A stretch of 64,000 nt of DNA, taken from Podarcis melisellensis. Its lineage: Eukaryota. A program made the position numbers and the translations under genes. Each line of letters begins with the position of its first letter. Within the stretch, counting starts at the first letter, position 1. The DNA is taken from assembly GCA_964234715.1 (NCBI GenBank), contig OZ174282.1. One strand, given 5' to 3'. Positions 48,384 to 61,727 of the stretch are shown here, in pieces. Under the pieces are notes generated by a model. It saw only the letters and a program-made list of their open reading frames with translations, was not told the origin of the DNA and did not search any database.

Positions 48384-50499
48384 AATTAGGGGGATCAAAT
48401 GTAAGAGGAGGCCTAGACTCCAGTATCTATAACAGTTCTGTAGAAGACAGGATTTTGGCAAGAGCAATATGGTCTGCAGGGAAGGTGGGGGTGGGGAGAG
48501 ACTCAACTTGCCAGAATTCCTTCTACTATGCAAGTGGTAAAAGCACGTGGATCCTCTACTCTATTGCATCTGGTTACCTTTCTTTAAAGAGTGTAGGTTG
48601 TGGGTGATTCTCTGGTGCATAATCTCACTCTCTCATGCAAAGTGCAGGTTCTGTGCCATCCTGCAACCTACTGATCACCCGTGTCTATAATACAAACCAG
48701 AAAAGTGAGGCAAGGTGGATGGGTGTTGGACCAGAATTGCCTTAAAAGGGTGTTTATAAATTTGTCCCTAAGCTTTTGCAGGAGACCCCCGTTTTCACAT
48801 AACTTAAAATATCCCTTTGGAGAGGTGCAGCACATCTAGCAGAGCAATCAGATAGCTAACTCTTTGCTCTAATCACCAGGAAAGAGGGGGGAAACGATTC
48901 CCCGGGCTCTGTACATGTGCTTGTTTATAACTGGAGGCAGGCAGTTTCACAAATAAGAGAACAAGAGCTCAGGAGGGAGTTATGATTCAAATCCGCAGCC
49001 TCCTGTGATCAAGTTTAGTAAATGGCTCCAGGGTCCATTTAAAGGGTTGCTCCTCATTCTTCACAGCCCCACAAAACATAATCGCTGTCAGTTTCAGTGC
49101 GTTTTTTTATTTATTAATCATTTCTGCAGCACGTCTAATGTTCAAGGTCTTTTATAGCCCTCATCTCATTTATCCTCGCAACAACCACTTCACAAGATCA
49201 GTCGCTATGAATCCCATGTTACAGATTTGAAACTGAGGCTGACCATGGCTTGCACATGACCCTCAAGCGTCCACAGCCAACCAAAGATCTGAAACCTACT
49301 CAAAAAGTTCCCATGGGACTTTAGGGATGGCTGCAGGACAAATAATTTTCCAAAATTATTGAAGAGATACTCTAGGGACGCAAGTCCAGAATATATCCAA
49401 ATATCAAGAAACTTTCAGTATGCCCTCGTCAAGGGGTCTGTGTTCCTGAATAATGTATTCAATAAAATAAATGTATAGATGAAAATTATTTAATAGGTAT
49501 GTGCTTTTATCATAATGTCTTATAGCCAGGCTATCTTCCTGTCATATTACTATCAGCTGTAATATGAAATAAAGCATTATTCTCATGAAACTCAAACATG
49601 GACACAAAAGAAATGTGTAGTTGTGTGTATTTTAGAAAAAATGGTAGCAAAGTTGCTTATCAAGTATGGGTCGAAAAGGAAAACAGAACTTGTTTCACTT
49701 ATACCTGTACTGTAGTAGAGCAGAACTGAAATTAGCCATCAGCATAAAGTCTAGAATAGCAAGATATTCAAAAATTCATGTAATTGATTAGTATTGTGTT
49801 TTGAACCATAAAAGAGAAAAAGTTTCATTTCCAGATGGACTACAAATGACTACTTAACATCACTTGCTTCTCATTCATCATAGCTCTCAACTGTCTCATT
49901 ACAAGAATTGCTACTAGTCTCTATACAAACAGCATCTAACTTTAGGATATCATTCTGAGGAGCAACCATGGGACCTCAGAATTGTTTAACAGTTGCTCCC
50001 TCTTCCCAAGGAACAACAGGAAATGTAGGGAAACAGGAGTCTCCTAACAACTCTCAGCACCATTAACAAACTACAGTTCCCAGAATTCTTTGCAGGAGGC
50101 CATGCCTGTTCAAAGTGATAAGATACTGCTTTAAATGTATACTACAGGTGGGGGTCGAGTATGAAACAGGAGCACAATAGGAAATTGTGCAAATTACTAT
50201 TTCCTGTTGCTATTTATATTTACTATTTTGTTGCAATAGTATTTGTGCTTGATTGTACTGAATTCATCCTGCCAGACACTGATCAATCCAGAGTGCTTGG
50301 TGCTCTGATTCAGAGTGGCAGTGACATGCAGTATGCAATGTCTGTAGGCGCGTAACTAAACTACAGTTATTCTTACCTTTTTCTTTAAATACACATACAA
50401 TAAGTACTTGAACTTATTTAACAACAATTCCCTCTCTCAAAGGAATCCTGGAAATTGTTTTCACAAAGCAGGAATATAAACAGTCGAATTTGTATTGAT

Positions 50500-50890
50500 G
50501 TGGTGAGCAGGGAATTAGTAAAGTTTACTGATGATACCAAATTATTCAGGATAGTTGAAACAAAATGGATCTCAAGGATCTCCAAAAGGATCTCACTAAA
50601 GTGGGTGAACAGACATAAATTGGCAAATGCAATTCAATGTAAACAAGTGTAAAGTGATTCACACTGGGGCAAGTCCCCCCGCCTCATTTTCTCATATCTG
50701 TTAACAGAGTCTGAACTGGCAGTGACTGACCAGGAATGAGACCTTGGGGTTATAGTGGATTGCTCAATGAAGGTGTCAACCCAGGATGTGGCAGCTGTGA
50801 AAATGATGAATTCCAGGTTAGATTTCATTAGGAAAGGGACTGGAAAAAACATTCACAGTATCATAATGTCATTATACAAATCTATGGTGC
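50500..50890 (+). mobile_element. CR1 LINE ORF2 (RT) fragment
   Basis: KFTDDTKLF (KFADDTKL-like), NVNKCKVIH, DLGV and LYKSMV across frameshifted ORFs. Confidence 0.85.
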
Positions 50891-51975
50891 TAAGGGTATT
50901 AAGAGGCCTCTTTTCCCGTCATAGGGCTACAGTTCCCAGAGTTCCCTGGGAAGAGGGATTGATTACCTTGTCCATAAAAGCAAGTACGTAACTCCTATGA
51001 AAGAGAGAGAAAGAGCTCAACTATGAGTGTGTGATCATTGAAGATTTCTTCAAAGCAATTGCCCATGTCCAAATGATCAGTTAGCCCATATTTATCAAAG
51101 GAAAACTGCTGTTGCGAAATGGCCCACAGGGCACCAATATTTAGGTGCCATCCCCACACTACATGCCTGTTGACAACAAAACTGCTAAAATCAGTCACAT
51201 TTAACTCCTCGTTCCAGTAGCAGTATATGTACAGTACATTATGTAATTTACTCCCTTTTCTCTTTCTGATTTGGTTTGTACAGTGACTGACATACATTAG
51301 AAACATGCTCTATACTTTATGATACATTTTCCAGATCCGTAAGAGTTTGTGCATTTGCACTACCAACATTTCAGTTGCACAATCCAGACAGTTAAAGAAT
51401 GAAAATGACCCTTTTCACTGCCCAATGAAGGTTTATCGGAAACTATATTACTCCATGTCTTTTATTTCATGTTAATGGAGTTTTTACAAATCACTGGCAC
51501 TGACTAGCTTTTAAAAGCTCATTGGAAGTGTGGAAAATATTCCTCTCCCACTATTTTGTATCTTGTCTGATTGATGTGAAAAAAGGAAGACCTAAACATG
51601 GTTAAAGGGCTAACTAATCTGGTTTAATGATCCAGAGGACAAACCTTTAAAGTGTAGAGCAATTATTTTTGCAGTGCAATCCTAAGAACGTGTGCTTTGG
51701 ATTGCAACATTAACAGAACTATTAGAGGTGTGTTTATTTATTTTAAATTAACAGGAACAAAATGGTTAAAACAATGTGGATGAAGTTTTATAATCTGACA
51801 AGGAAATTGCAATGCATATGTTATTCATGGATCAATATACCTGGATACTACTCTGTAATTTCAAAATATAAGCCCCTTTGGAGAGAAAAAAAGCATACCA
51901 GGAAAGTTTTTCCAACCAAGATCTAGAAAGATAAATGAAGAGGTAGTGGGACACTTATGAGTGGATCCAGGCAAC

Positions 51976-52148
51976 GTATGAAAGCAGTATCATACCACTT
52001 GCTGATATGAAAGCAGTATCATGGTATGAAAGCAGTATCATACCACTTGCTGGTATGAAAGCAGTATCATGGTATGAAAGCAGTATCATACCACTTGCTG
52101 GTATGAAAGCAGTATCATGGTATGAAAGCAGTATCATACCACTTGCTG
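51976..52148. repeat. 48-bp minisatellite (29+19-bp subunits) x~3.6
   Basis: gtatgaaagcagtatcataccacttgctg + gtatgaaagcagtatcatg; 16-aa repeat in ORF 51955..52308. Confidence 0.92.
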
Positions 52149-52453
52149 TGGCTTCCCCCAAAGGATCCAGGGAGGTGTAGTTTGTAAAAGACTTGTTTTG
52201 ATATCCCAAAGTTCCTTGGAAAGAGGGACTGGTTGCTAAATCACTCTGACAACTGTAGCTCTGGGAGGAGAATAAGGGTCTCCTAACAATTCTCTGCATG
52301 CTTATCAAACTATAGCTCCCAAAATTCTCTGGGGGAAGCCATGACTGTTTAGACTGTTATTACAGGGCTTTAAATGTGTTGTGTGGCTGTGGACTCAGCT
52401 GACTGAAGTTTTTATGTTCTGCAGTGTTGCTGGTAATGCAAGACATAAATGCA

Positions 52454-52598
52454 TGGTTAGAGCCTTCACGAGGCTGCCTGTTGTGGTGCTGATAACACCA
52501 AAGTCGTGGGTTCAATTCCCACAGGGGCCACCTACATATTCCTGAAATGCAGGGGGCTGAACTAGATGACCCTTCAAACTATCCAATTCTATGATTCC
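52454..52598 (+). mobile_element. tRNA-Ile-derived SINE with CR1-type tail
   Basis: ggttagagc…gtggtgctgataacaccaaagtcgtgggttcaattcccc resembles tRNA-Ile; tail actagatgacc…ttctatgattc resembles a CR1 3' end. Confidence 0.65.
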
Positions 52599-53798
52599 AC
52601 ATTAACACAGGTATCAATGCATTGCTAGGGCATTTAACCATATTTACTGTAAGGCAGCTACAGGGCAGAAAGACTTAGAGATGCTGTCAAGTGGTTTCCT
52701 CATTTAGTGCCAACATTTTACCATGCCAGCGCAGGATCCCATGGGCTTGGGAAAGGCCCTCACTGTGTGAAGAAAGCTTGCAACGGGTCTGCCCTAACCC
52801 CAGGAAGAAGCAGAAGGTGTCAGGAGAACTTCAGTGGTTGTATTTATTTAAGAACAACAGCACAGCAACTCAACATAGTAGCTCAACTTGTTACCCTGGC
52901 AAGACTAAGATCCCTCTCAGCTATGGCGGGAACCACACCCAGACAGGGGAGGGGATTTACCTTTACGGGCTAGGCATAAGAGACAGCTCACACACATACT
53001 ACATCCAAAACACATACAGAAGGACAGGATTTGGATGGACTAGTGTCTTTTTTTAAAAAAAAAATGATCTAGTCCTCTCTAGGAACATAGCTGTGTCACA
53101 TGACAATTTTACAAACAAGGAGAATGGGGGGCTGAGATGTTTTAGATAAAGCAATAATTCATGCTTATGAATTAATTTATTTTATTTTGATTGTTAATTA
53201 ATTCCCATGAAACATTCCAAAGCAAATAACAGTAAAAAGACATAAAAATGCAATTTCTACTTCAATGCAGATAACAACTGGGATGATAAAACATCTGCAC
53301 TTAAAGGACATGTTAGGTCTTAAGTTGGGACAATCCTATCTTTCAATATTGAGTAGAATGAGCTTTTCTGACTTTTCTAAGCAGCATAAATGCTTCTTTA
53401 AGATTTCCTCCTAATATTCTCTTTCTGATAATCTCTAATTTTGCAGCGTAATCAGTTAAGGATACCTCAAAAAAGGCTGCACAATGTGTGTGTTTGCATG
53501 TACGTAGTATGTAAAAGTGTGTGTGTGTGTGTAGTGTGTATAGTGAGGGAGAGGGGCACACACACACTAATGAGATGGTACACTTCCTTACAAAGTAAAC
53601 AATGAATACTGTACCAAAAGCCTTTACCAAAAATGATGTTCATTAAACAAACAAAAAGAAAAAGAGAAGAACCTGTATTTTTCCAGCTACCATGTAATTT
53701 GCAAGATGCATTTTTAAATGCTTTGCAACTGTAGAAAGATCCATCAGTCAGATGATACAGATAGATAATTCACCATACTGTCACATGATCTTCCATCA

Positions 53799-54010
53799 NN
53801 NNNNNNNNNNNNNNNNNNNNNNNNNNNNNNNNNNNNNNNNNNNNNNNNNNNNNNNNNNNNNNNNNNNNNNNNNNNNNNNNNNNNNNNNNNNNNNNNNNNN
53901 NNNNNNNNNNNNNNNNNNNNNNNNNNNNNNNNNNNNNNNNNNNNNNNNNNNNNNNNNNNNNNNNNNNNNNNNNNNNNNNNNNNNNNNNNNNNNNNNNNNN
54001 NNNNNNNNNN
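53799..54010. other. N-run (212 nt)
   Basis: Directly visible. Confidence 0.99.
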
Positions 54011-57000
54011 CAGGTTCTGATTAGTGAAGTATCAGTATGCCACAAAGGTCAATCAGTTATTTACCTGAAGTAACAGAAGGATGACAGGCCTTTTTGAAAT
54101 TTTACAGTTTCTGGTAAGAGACGGAGCCATTTAACAGTACAGTAGTAACACTGATAATAGAAATGCTACCACAAATACTAATAATACTAAGAGTGATATG
54201 CATAGGGATTACTTTGCCTAAAAATAATAATGCTGTGGTTATGTCAATATCAAACATGCACTCTTGCTGTGAGCCTGGTGTTCAGGCTCCAACACTTAAG
54301 AGGACAGGGTAGTCTGTGTTTACATATGCACACACTGGAACCCCATATACATGCCCAGTTCCTGGTCTGAAAAACCTCATTAGTGATTTGCAACATGCCA
54401 ACAGAATGGAACACCATTCTAAAGGATGGCTCTAATTCAAATTTTATTTAAGTTCACAGTTTAATTGTGAATTTACAGAAGCAAATTATCCATTAATGTT
54501 TTAAGTCTCACATATAAAACACAACGAGCAGGTAGAAATGTGCTGGTCATATGTGGTCATTTTAAGCATAGCTTGTCAGTATCTTCTACACCTGCCTATT
54601 ACCTCTAAGGCCTGTTCAAAATTAAAAGCCCAATCCAGGGTAAAAATGCTTATAACTGGATTCATTAATGAAGTAGAAAGACTGGACCTGCTGTGAAATT
54701 TGCTCTGTTTTCAGTATACAACTACATAAATTGATGAGTGGCGTAACTTACAATGGCTAAAAAAAGCTAACATTCCATAATCATAATCGGAACAATAATG
54801 GGATCAACGTCTAGTTTTAGCAGCTTCACAGAAGTAGTTTTATTGATAGCAACAGGGGAGATTTTTCAAAGACACAAGTTGGAAGTCGGATGCCTTTGAA
54901 ATCTCTCCTAGTTCCCTAATTTCTATTACATGTGTTAATATGAACATAATGGTAGCAATAAAGCTCAGTTGTGTGTCTGAACACATTTCAACAACTCCAG
55001 GATGAATATCTAATTTCCCATCAGATCTAGTGAGGTTTTAATACAAATTTAAAGAGAATCTGTACTCCCCTTGTACCTATTTATATCCATTCAGTAATTT
55101 AATGTCTTGTCCATAAGTGATGTTTTGCCAAATCTGTTCCAGCATTATGGTAGCCCTGCTACAAAAAAAAAAAAATTAAAAAAAAAAATCTTGAGGTTTC
55201 TTGCAGCCACATAGCCAGTGTGGCATAGTGTTTTTCAGGGAGACCCATGTTCAAATTACTTTACAGCCAATATGCACAGTAAGTGACTTTGGATCTGTAA
55301 AACATTAAGTCTTCTTCATGTGTTACTCATGTGATGTGATTACTAATGAACGCCATCCCTGGCATGAGGCATGCTGGTGGATCCACAGCTGGGCATCCAT
55401 GCATTACGTATGGTCATCTGCAGTGAATCCTAAATATGAGCAGGTGTTCACACAGAGACTTCCATGTGATTGGAAAACTGGCAAGTAATGCATGAAGGAG
55501 ACTCATCTCCTCCTTCAATGTTCATGTCAAGAGAAATAGAAAACACATATTAGGCTGAAAACAGTTGCCTTCTTTATATTAGTGAAACATTTTGTACAGT
55601 TAGTCTTTAGAATAAGGTCTTTTAAATAACCAATAGTTTGCGACATGCTTGACAGTGTTCTCGTCACATGACAGCAGTTCATCACATTCCGCACTCTGGT
55701 GAAATTTATTATTTACTTATTTAAAGCATTTCTATCTCCTTCTTGAGCCAAAAAGGAAAAAAAGGCTCTCAGCACTGCTTACAACTGACAGTGATAAAAC
55801 AGTCCTCACCATTAGATTCACAACTTAAAAAGACATCACATGAAAGGAAAAGGGATTGGAAGGGAAGAGGAGTTCTTGCAATGACCAACTGGAATGTGAA
55901 TATTTCAAGGAAAGGAGGAGCCAAAGGTCATTTTGGTAGCTAGTCATTTATATCCTAGTTTCTTGCTTAGCCTGGGAAACAGAACATCAATGATTTCTTG
56001 AAATATTGTTTAAATTGTGAAATATATTGTGACATGTGATGCTTATGGGTTATCTTTAGTTTAGCAGAAGGCTCTCACCCACATCCAATCCATGCTTCTT
56101 TAAAAACAATCACATTCCAATCCGGAAAGTCAGCTTTAGCAAGAACTATTGAAATTGCAAGTGGAGCAGAACTGATAGCCACTGCCATCCTTAATGAACA
56201 TCCCCCCAATTCACCACTATGGGAAGATATGCCCAGTGCCTGTGGTTCTTCTGTCATCCACCTCTTTTGCTTTGCTGAAGCAAGGATTGAGTGGGGGGTG
56301 GGCAGGCTCCTGTTCAGCAGTGTCAATAGCTGTTTATGCCCTTGGGACATAGCTGGTGTTCCAGCAGCAGTCTGCGGACACTGGTGATGACTCCTAGCTT
56401 CAGCTGGGACCTTACCACTCCATTTTACAATCTGCTACACTCTGACTGTGGATTATGTAATTGAGCCACAAGCCACAATCCTCAAAGTTCTTCTGGTGCC
56501 AACCAAGATACCCTGGAATAAGTGATTTATATATGCTGTATGTATGTGTTGTACAATAATGAATGCATTATATTTCTTAGACTGATTGGGCAATTCCAAC
56601 ATAACTCTTTCCAAAAAAATAAAGGGGAGTCCATACAATTTCTACCCCATCCATGTCAATCCTATGCAAAGGCCACCTCTGAACAAGCCACCTCTGGCTC
56701 TTACATGGCAAAGCCCAGCATTGCTGCAATTTTATTAGTTTGCCAAAAGAAACAGACACAAAAAAGCAATGCTCGCCTTAAGTCACATTCTAAATTGGCT
56801 CCCTAGAGCATTTTCCTACCTTGTTCACTAAAGCACTGTGTATGTTTTCTCAGTGTTTAGCATATGCTATGTAACCTGAGCAGGATTCATATTGTTCCTC
56901 TAGTTGTTTTTCTAAAATATGTTCCCATCAGGACCATAATTACATGCAAAATACTAGACACCGAATGATTCATAAAGATGTTTAAAAAAATTCTCCACCA

Positions 57001-57477
57001 TTTTTTATTTTAGCAATCCTGAGGCGGCAATGTAGAAAGAATTAGGAAAGGATCACAATCCCTGTCTTCTGTTTCGAACTAGAGACAAACTTCAGATCAA
57101 TTTGTATGTCTGTCTACGTGCCAAGAACTGAATACTTAGAAATGGGTGAGGGAGATGTCTTCCCTAACATGCTATGAAGATTGGAATTAAGCTTCTGTTC
57201 TTTTGACAAATGTGTGTAAGATAGAAATATAAATAAGTGACTGGACACTTTACTCGGTATATAAGTAACCAGTTCTGAGCCTTTTAAAGTCTAAAGTGAT
57301 TCCTCTTTGGATTTGTTTGTTTGTTTGTTTGTTTTTTGTAAAGGCAGCAATTATACAGTTAGCCTTCCTCCTAAGTCTAGAAAAAAATGCTAGATGCCAA
57401 ACATTTCACTAGTCAACTTGCCCACACATATCTATGTGACTCATTTGTGATGTAAAAGGGGTGCAGGGACAACAATG

Positions 57478-57612
57478 GGTTGCATTCAGAATGATTTCAT
57501 TATGCTTAGAGCACGCCCACTGAAATCAATGCAGCTTAAGTTAGACATGACTAAGAAGGCCCACCAATTTCAGTAAGTCAGCTTCATGTAAGACTAAGTC
57601 TGGATGCAACCC
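57478..57612. mobile_element. Palindromic MITE
   Basis: TIR gggttgcattcag … ctggatgcaaccc; related copies at ~7300-7425, ~40201-40378, ~40765-40865. Confidence 0.55.
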
Positions 57613-58724
57613 AACTGACTTTGTAAAGCCTTCCCATCTAGTTGCCTACAGAGGATTATTCATTGCTACAGGAGACTGGGCAAGCACCATTTGACAATCG
57701 GTGGTGGTGGTGGTTTTATTGATTTCCAATATATAACCATTACAAAAAAAGAGAGAAAAAGATGCAAAAACAACATCCTCCCCCCTTCCAGGACAGATCA
57801 CTCTAGTTAAGTTTGACAAAGTCCAATCTATTATTTCAGTAGTTGCTATTCTTCAGGGTTATCAATAAAGTATTTTATAAAAGAATGCCATATTTCAACA
57901 AAATCGTCTACATATTTGTATTATTCAATGCATTTAATCTCTTTGTTATTTCTTCTGATGGAGCAATAGACCATACATTCTGTTTCCAATTGGAACATCT
58001 GTGTATCTTCCATTGGAAACAGACACTCCTATTTTAAAAATGGCAAGAACTAAGGTATTAACCCCTGAGATTCATTTTCTTTATGAAAGCATTTTGATGT
58101 ACACAAATAAGATTCACACGTCACAACCAGCTCCTAAATAATGAACGTTCCATGTCAGCATCAGAATGTGAACTATAAAGGGCATGGTTTTCAATGGAAT
58201 TAGTTTAACTATCCATTCTGCTCTGGGTACAAGATATACAGTATACAGAACTATATAGTTGCTGCATTTAAGGCAAGGCTGGGGAACCTATGGTGCTCTA
58301 GATGTTGCTTGTTTCCAGTCTCAACTTCCCTGACCACTGGACATGCTGGTTGGGACCAACGGGAGTTGGGAGTCCAACAAACTCTAGGTGGTCCTCCTCT
58401 AAGTCCTGGAGAGCAGATGTTTTTCACCACCATCTCCCACAGCCACCACTTTCTTTAAAAACAACATTTTATTTGCTGTGTCTTAGTTTTCATTTATTGT
58501 CAGACACTTTGGATGCTTGCTATCAGGCAGAAAGGCAGGATGTAAATACATAAATAAAAGTGAGTGATTCAGGTTGTTTGATTTGAAACTGGTTCTACTT
58601 AACAGAAGTCCTATGTGCCACATGGAAAACTCATGCAAAACAGCTGCACATCTCATCAGGTTTTAGAGTAAGGCTCAGTATGGTCTGCAATACCTTGCTT
58701 GGCTTAACATGGTGGCTAAGGCTA

Positions 58725-58910
58725 CAGAGGAAGCTGTGTTATACTGAGTCAAGCCCACTGGCCTGTCTACCTCAATACTGTCTACATTGACTGGTAATGG
58801 CTTTGCAGCGTTTCAAACAGCGGACAATTCCCAGCCCTACCTAGAGATGCTGGGGATTAAACCTAGGACCATCTACATGTAAAACAGATGCTCTTCCACT
58901 GAGCTACGCC
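58725..58910 (-). mobile_element. tRNA-headed SINE with CR1-like tail
   Basis: gaggaagctg..ttatactgagtc…gggattaaacctaggacc…ccactgagctac. Confidence 0.65.
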
Positions 58911-59839
58911 TCCCCTCCCCAAGCGTAAATGCCAAGAAAGGACCATTTTCAACTTCCTCCTTGGTCATGAGCCCATCTGCCCAATTGGTCTGGCTTTATT
59001 GGCTTAGCCATGCCTTTAACTGGGAATGAGGTACATATTTCCCTTAGCATGATCTCCCACTGACTGTGTGTGTTGTGTGTTTTAATGTAATATTTCCTGT
59101 GCCTTGGGGACAGGGCAGGCTTTTACTCCAATTAAAATATACTCGTGGCAATGTAAATGTCCTTCCTTGTTATTTAGTTATAAAATTTCTACTCTGTTTC
59201 TCTTCCAAATGGGGAACCCAAAAAGGCAAACAATAATATAAACCCAACATAAGCATTAAAAAAAAGAAATCACTTGTCCAAAACCACAAGTTAAAGACAT
59301 GGGTTGTGTACACACTATTTACCTTTAAAGCACATATGAAAAATGTTTTTTCCCCCTCAAAGAATTTTGGGCACTGTAGTTTGCCCTTCATAGAGTTACT
59401 ACAGTGCCTATAATTCGCTGAGGGAGATAATGTCATTTGCATGTGTTCTAAAGGTATAACACGTATACATTCATGTACACCAAAACCAAGATGTGGGTCT
59501 TTAACTAAAATACCTATATCTGCTACCTAAATACTTGTTGAAAAGAGTAGGTCAGGCTGAACTGGGCTAGATTAGATTAGAATATTCTAAATGTCTGAGA
59601 GAAAGAAGTAAGAAACTATGAAAATGAAAATTAACAAACCCTGCAACATTTATTTTATAACTTTTGCTCCTATATTTTCCTTCTCCAACCCCCAATATCC
59701 AGAACAATCTCACCTCTTTCTTCACCTCTTACCCCCGCCCCCACACCAAACAATCTTAATGTAGTGATAAAATGAGGAAAGAAAGAAGGAGGGTAGGAAG
59801 ATTATTATAAAACAGGATATTTATGGCTAGGGTCTTTGG

Positions 59840-60396
59840 NNNNNNNNNNNNNNNNNNNNNNNNNNNNNNNNNNNNNNNNNNNNNNNNNNNNNNNNNNNNN
59901 NNNNNNNNNNNNNNNNNNNNNNNNNNNNNNNNNNNNNNNNNNNNNNNNNNNNNNNNNNNNNNNNNNNNNNNNNNNNNNNNNNNNNNNNNNNNNNNNNNNN
60001 NNNCAGAGAACAGCAGAGCAGATGAGTCAAAATTTTCTCNNNNNNNNNNNNNNNNNNNNNNNNNNNNNNNNNNNNNNNNNNNNNNNNNNNNNNNNNNNNN
60101 NNNNNNNNNNNNNNNNNNNNNNNNNNNNNNNNNNNNNNNNNNNNNNNNNNNNNNNNNNNNNNNNNNNNNNNNNNNNNNNNNNNNNNNNNNNNNNNNNNNN
60201 NNNNNNNNNNNNNNNNNNNNNNNNNNNNNNNNNNNNNNNNNNNNNNNNNNNNNNNNNNNNNNNNNNNNNNNNNNNNNNNNNNNNNNNNNNNNNNNNNNNN
60301 NNNNNNNNNNNNNNNNNNNNNNNNNNNNNNNNNNNNNNNNNNNNNNNNNNNNNNNNNNNNNNNNNNNNNNNNNNNNNNNNNNNNNNNNNNNNNNNN
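59840..60396. other. Two N-runs (164 and 357 nt) separated by a 36-bp island (60004-60039)
   Basis: Directly visible. Confidence 0.99.
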
Positions 60397-61727
60397 ATCA
60401 AGTAAAATATGTTCAATTAAATAGAATTAGGAGGAAGGTACTTTAGATTTCTACTATAGCAACTGATAAAACCTAGCATGTAAACACAGCACTCTGTGTC
60501 TCTATGAAGCCTCCATGTCACAATTTTTTGTCCAAACCTTCTGACCCTATGAATGTATCAGATGTCCCAAAGACTAGCCATAATTTGTGTGTGCCAAGTG
60601 TTTAGTCACATGGTATGATAAGACCCTTGCATTTCCATTGTGTTCACATTATGCCTTTCGCCAGTAATAATTTATATTTTTGGAGATTAATGTTCATTCT
60701 TAGTCTCCCAAAGCTGGGGGCACAAGTTCATGCTCTTATTGTACAAGCAGACACAGTAAGTGTGTTCCCACTGATCTAATATGCTTCTGTGGATTCCTTC
60801 CTGTTCCTCTGCACGGGATGCACTCAGAGATTTTATGTTTGCTCATTTAAGGCTGTCTCACCATTCTGCCCATTTGGCACTTCATACTGCTGTGTTCAAA
60901 ATGGCTAGAACTCTTAAAATGCTTTAGACGAGAGGGCGGGAGGAAGCAAATCTTCCACTGTCTTCAGGCATGAAACTTACTGACTTATTGCTGTCATTTC
61001 TCCATCAGATGCACTTGTATTGGAAGCGTCTAATGGGTGCGGAGAGAGAGAGAAAAATCCACCGGTATTATCTTTCTGGACATGTCAATGAAAGCTATTA
61101 ATTTATTTTAATGCGTTATTGACATCTTCTTTGCTATAGATGGAAAAGCAGAGAAGGTAGAAAGGAAAGAACCTATTCAGACAGGGATAGATTAGCCACC
61201 AATGCTTTCTGTAAGGCAGGGGTCCAGTCAAAGTGGGGACCCAGCTAGAGCCCATTGTTTAGGATCAACTGGATCCTCAAGTGTGCACTTCTTGTTTACA
61301 CGAGTTTCTGCCCTGCTTGCTGAGAGGTGACAGAAGCAGTGGTGCCCCATCCTTCCATACTGGGTTGCATGCTGAGAGGGAGCAGCTATGTCTTCACCCA
61401 ATGTGCATTACCTGGATGATTTCCTCACCCCATCCAATGCCCCCAAGAAGCTGTCATCTGCACATGAAATGTCATCTGCATAGCACAATGGCTGTCTCAA
61501 TTATACATACTTCAGTTTCATGGTGAAATGAACATGCCTCAAGTTTTCCTTTCCAACTGAAGCTGGTTTGAGGGGAAACGCATCAAATATGGGTATTTCT
61601 AAAGAAACTATGGGATAGCTCTGCATCATGGATAACATAATGTGCACAGAGACTCAAATGCCAATGGTCAGAGTACACTGGAGCCAGAGCCATGTACACA
61701 GCCTTAGTCTACCTCCATCACATAGTC

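Noticed and set aside
51955-52308. Repeat array resembling CRISPR or a repetitive protein
   Set aside because: Spacers are invariant and alternate, the context is eukaryotic, and the array derives from a MITE end.
52454-52530. Functional tRNA-Ile gene
   Set aside because: Interrupted, acceptor stem degenerate, and fused to a LINE-derived tail, so it is a SINE.
54065-54112. Minus-strand 46-nt exon candidate with CAG|gtaaat donor
   Set aside because: The frame needed to join the downstream exon contains a stop; it lies in an enhancer-like flank.
56061-56390. ~110-codon stop-free plus-strand frame
   Set aside because: No recognisable homology or splice support; opposite strand to the inferred gene.
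57977-58028. Minus-strand exon candidate ECLFPMEDTQMFQLETE, phase-compatible with exon 34473
   Set aside because: Weak donor (AAT|gtatgg) and acceptor; all frames are open over only 52 nt, so compatibility is uninformative.
10574-60446. Track ORFs containing long X runs
   Set aside because: Artefacts of translating through N-runs.
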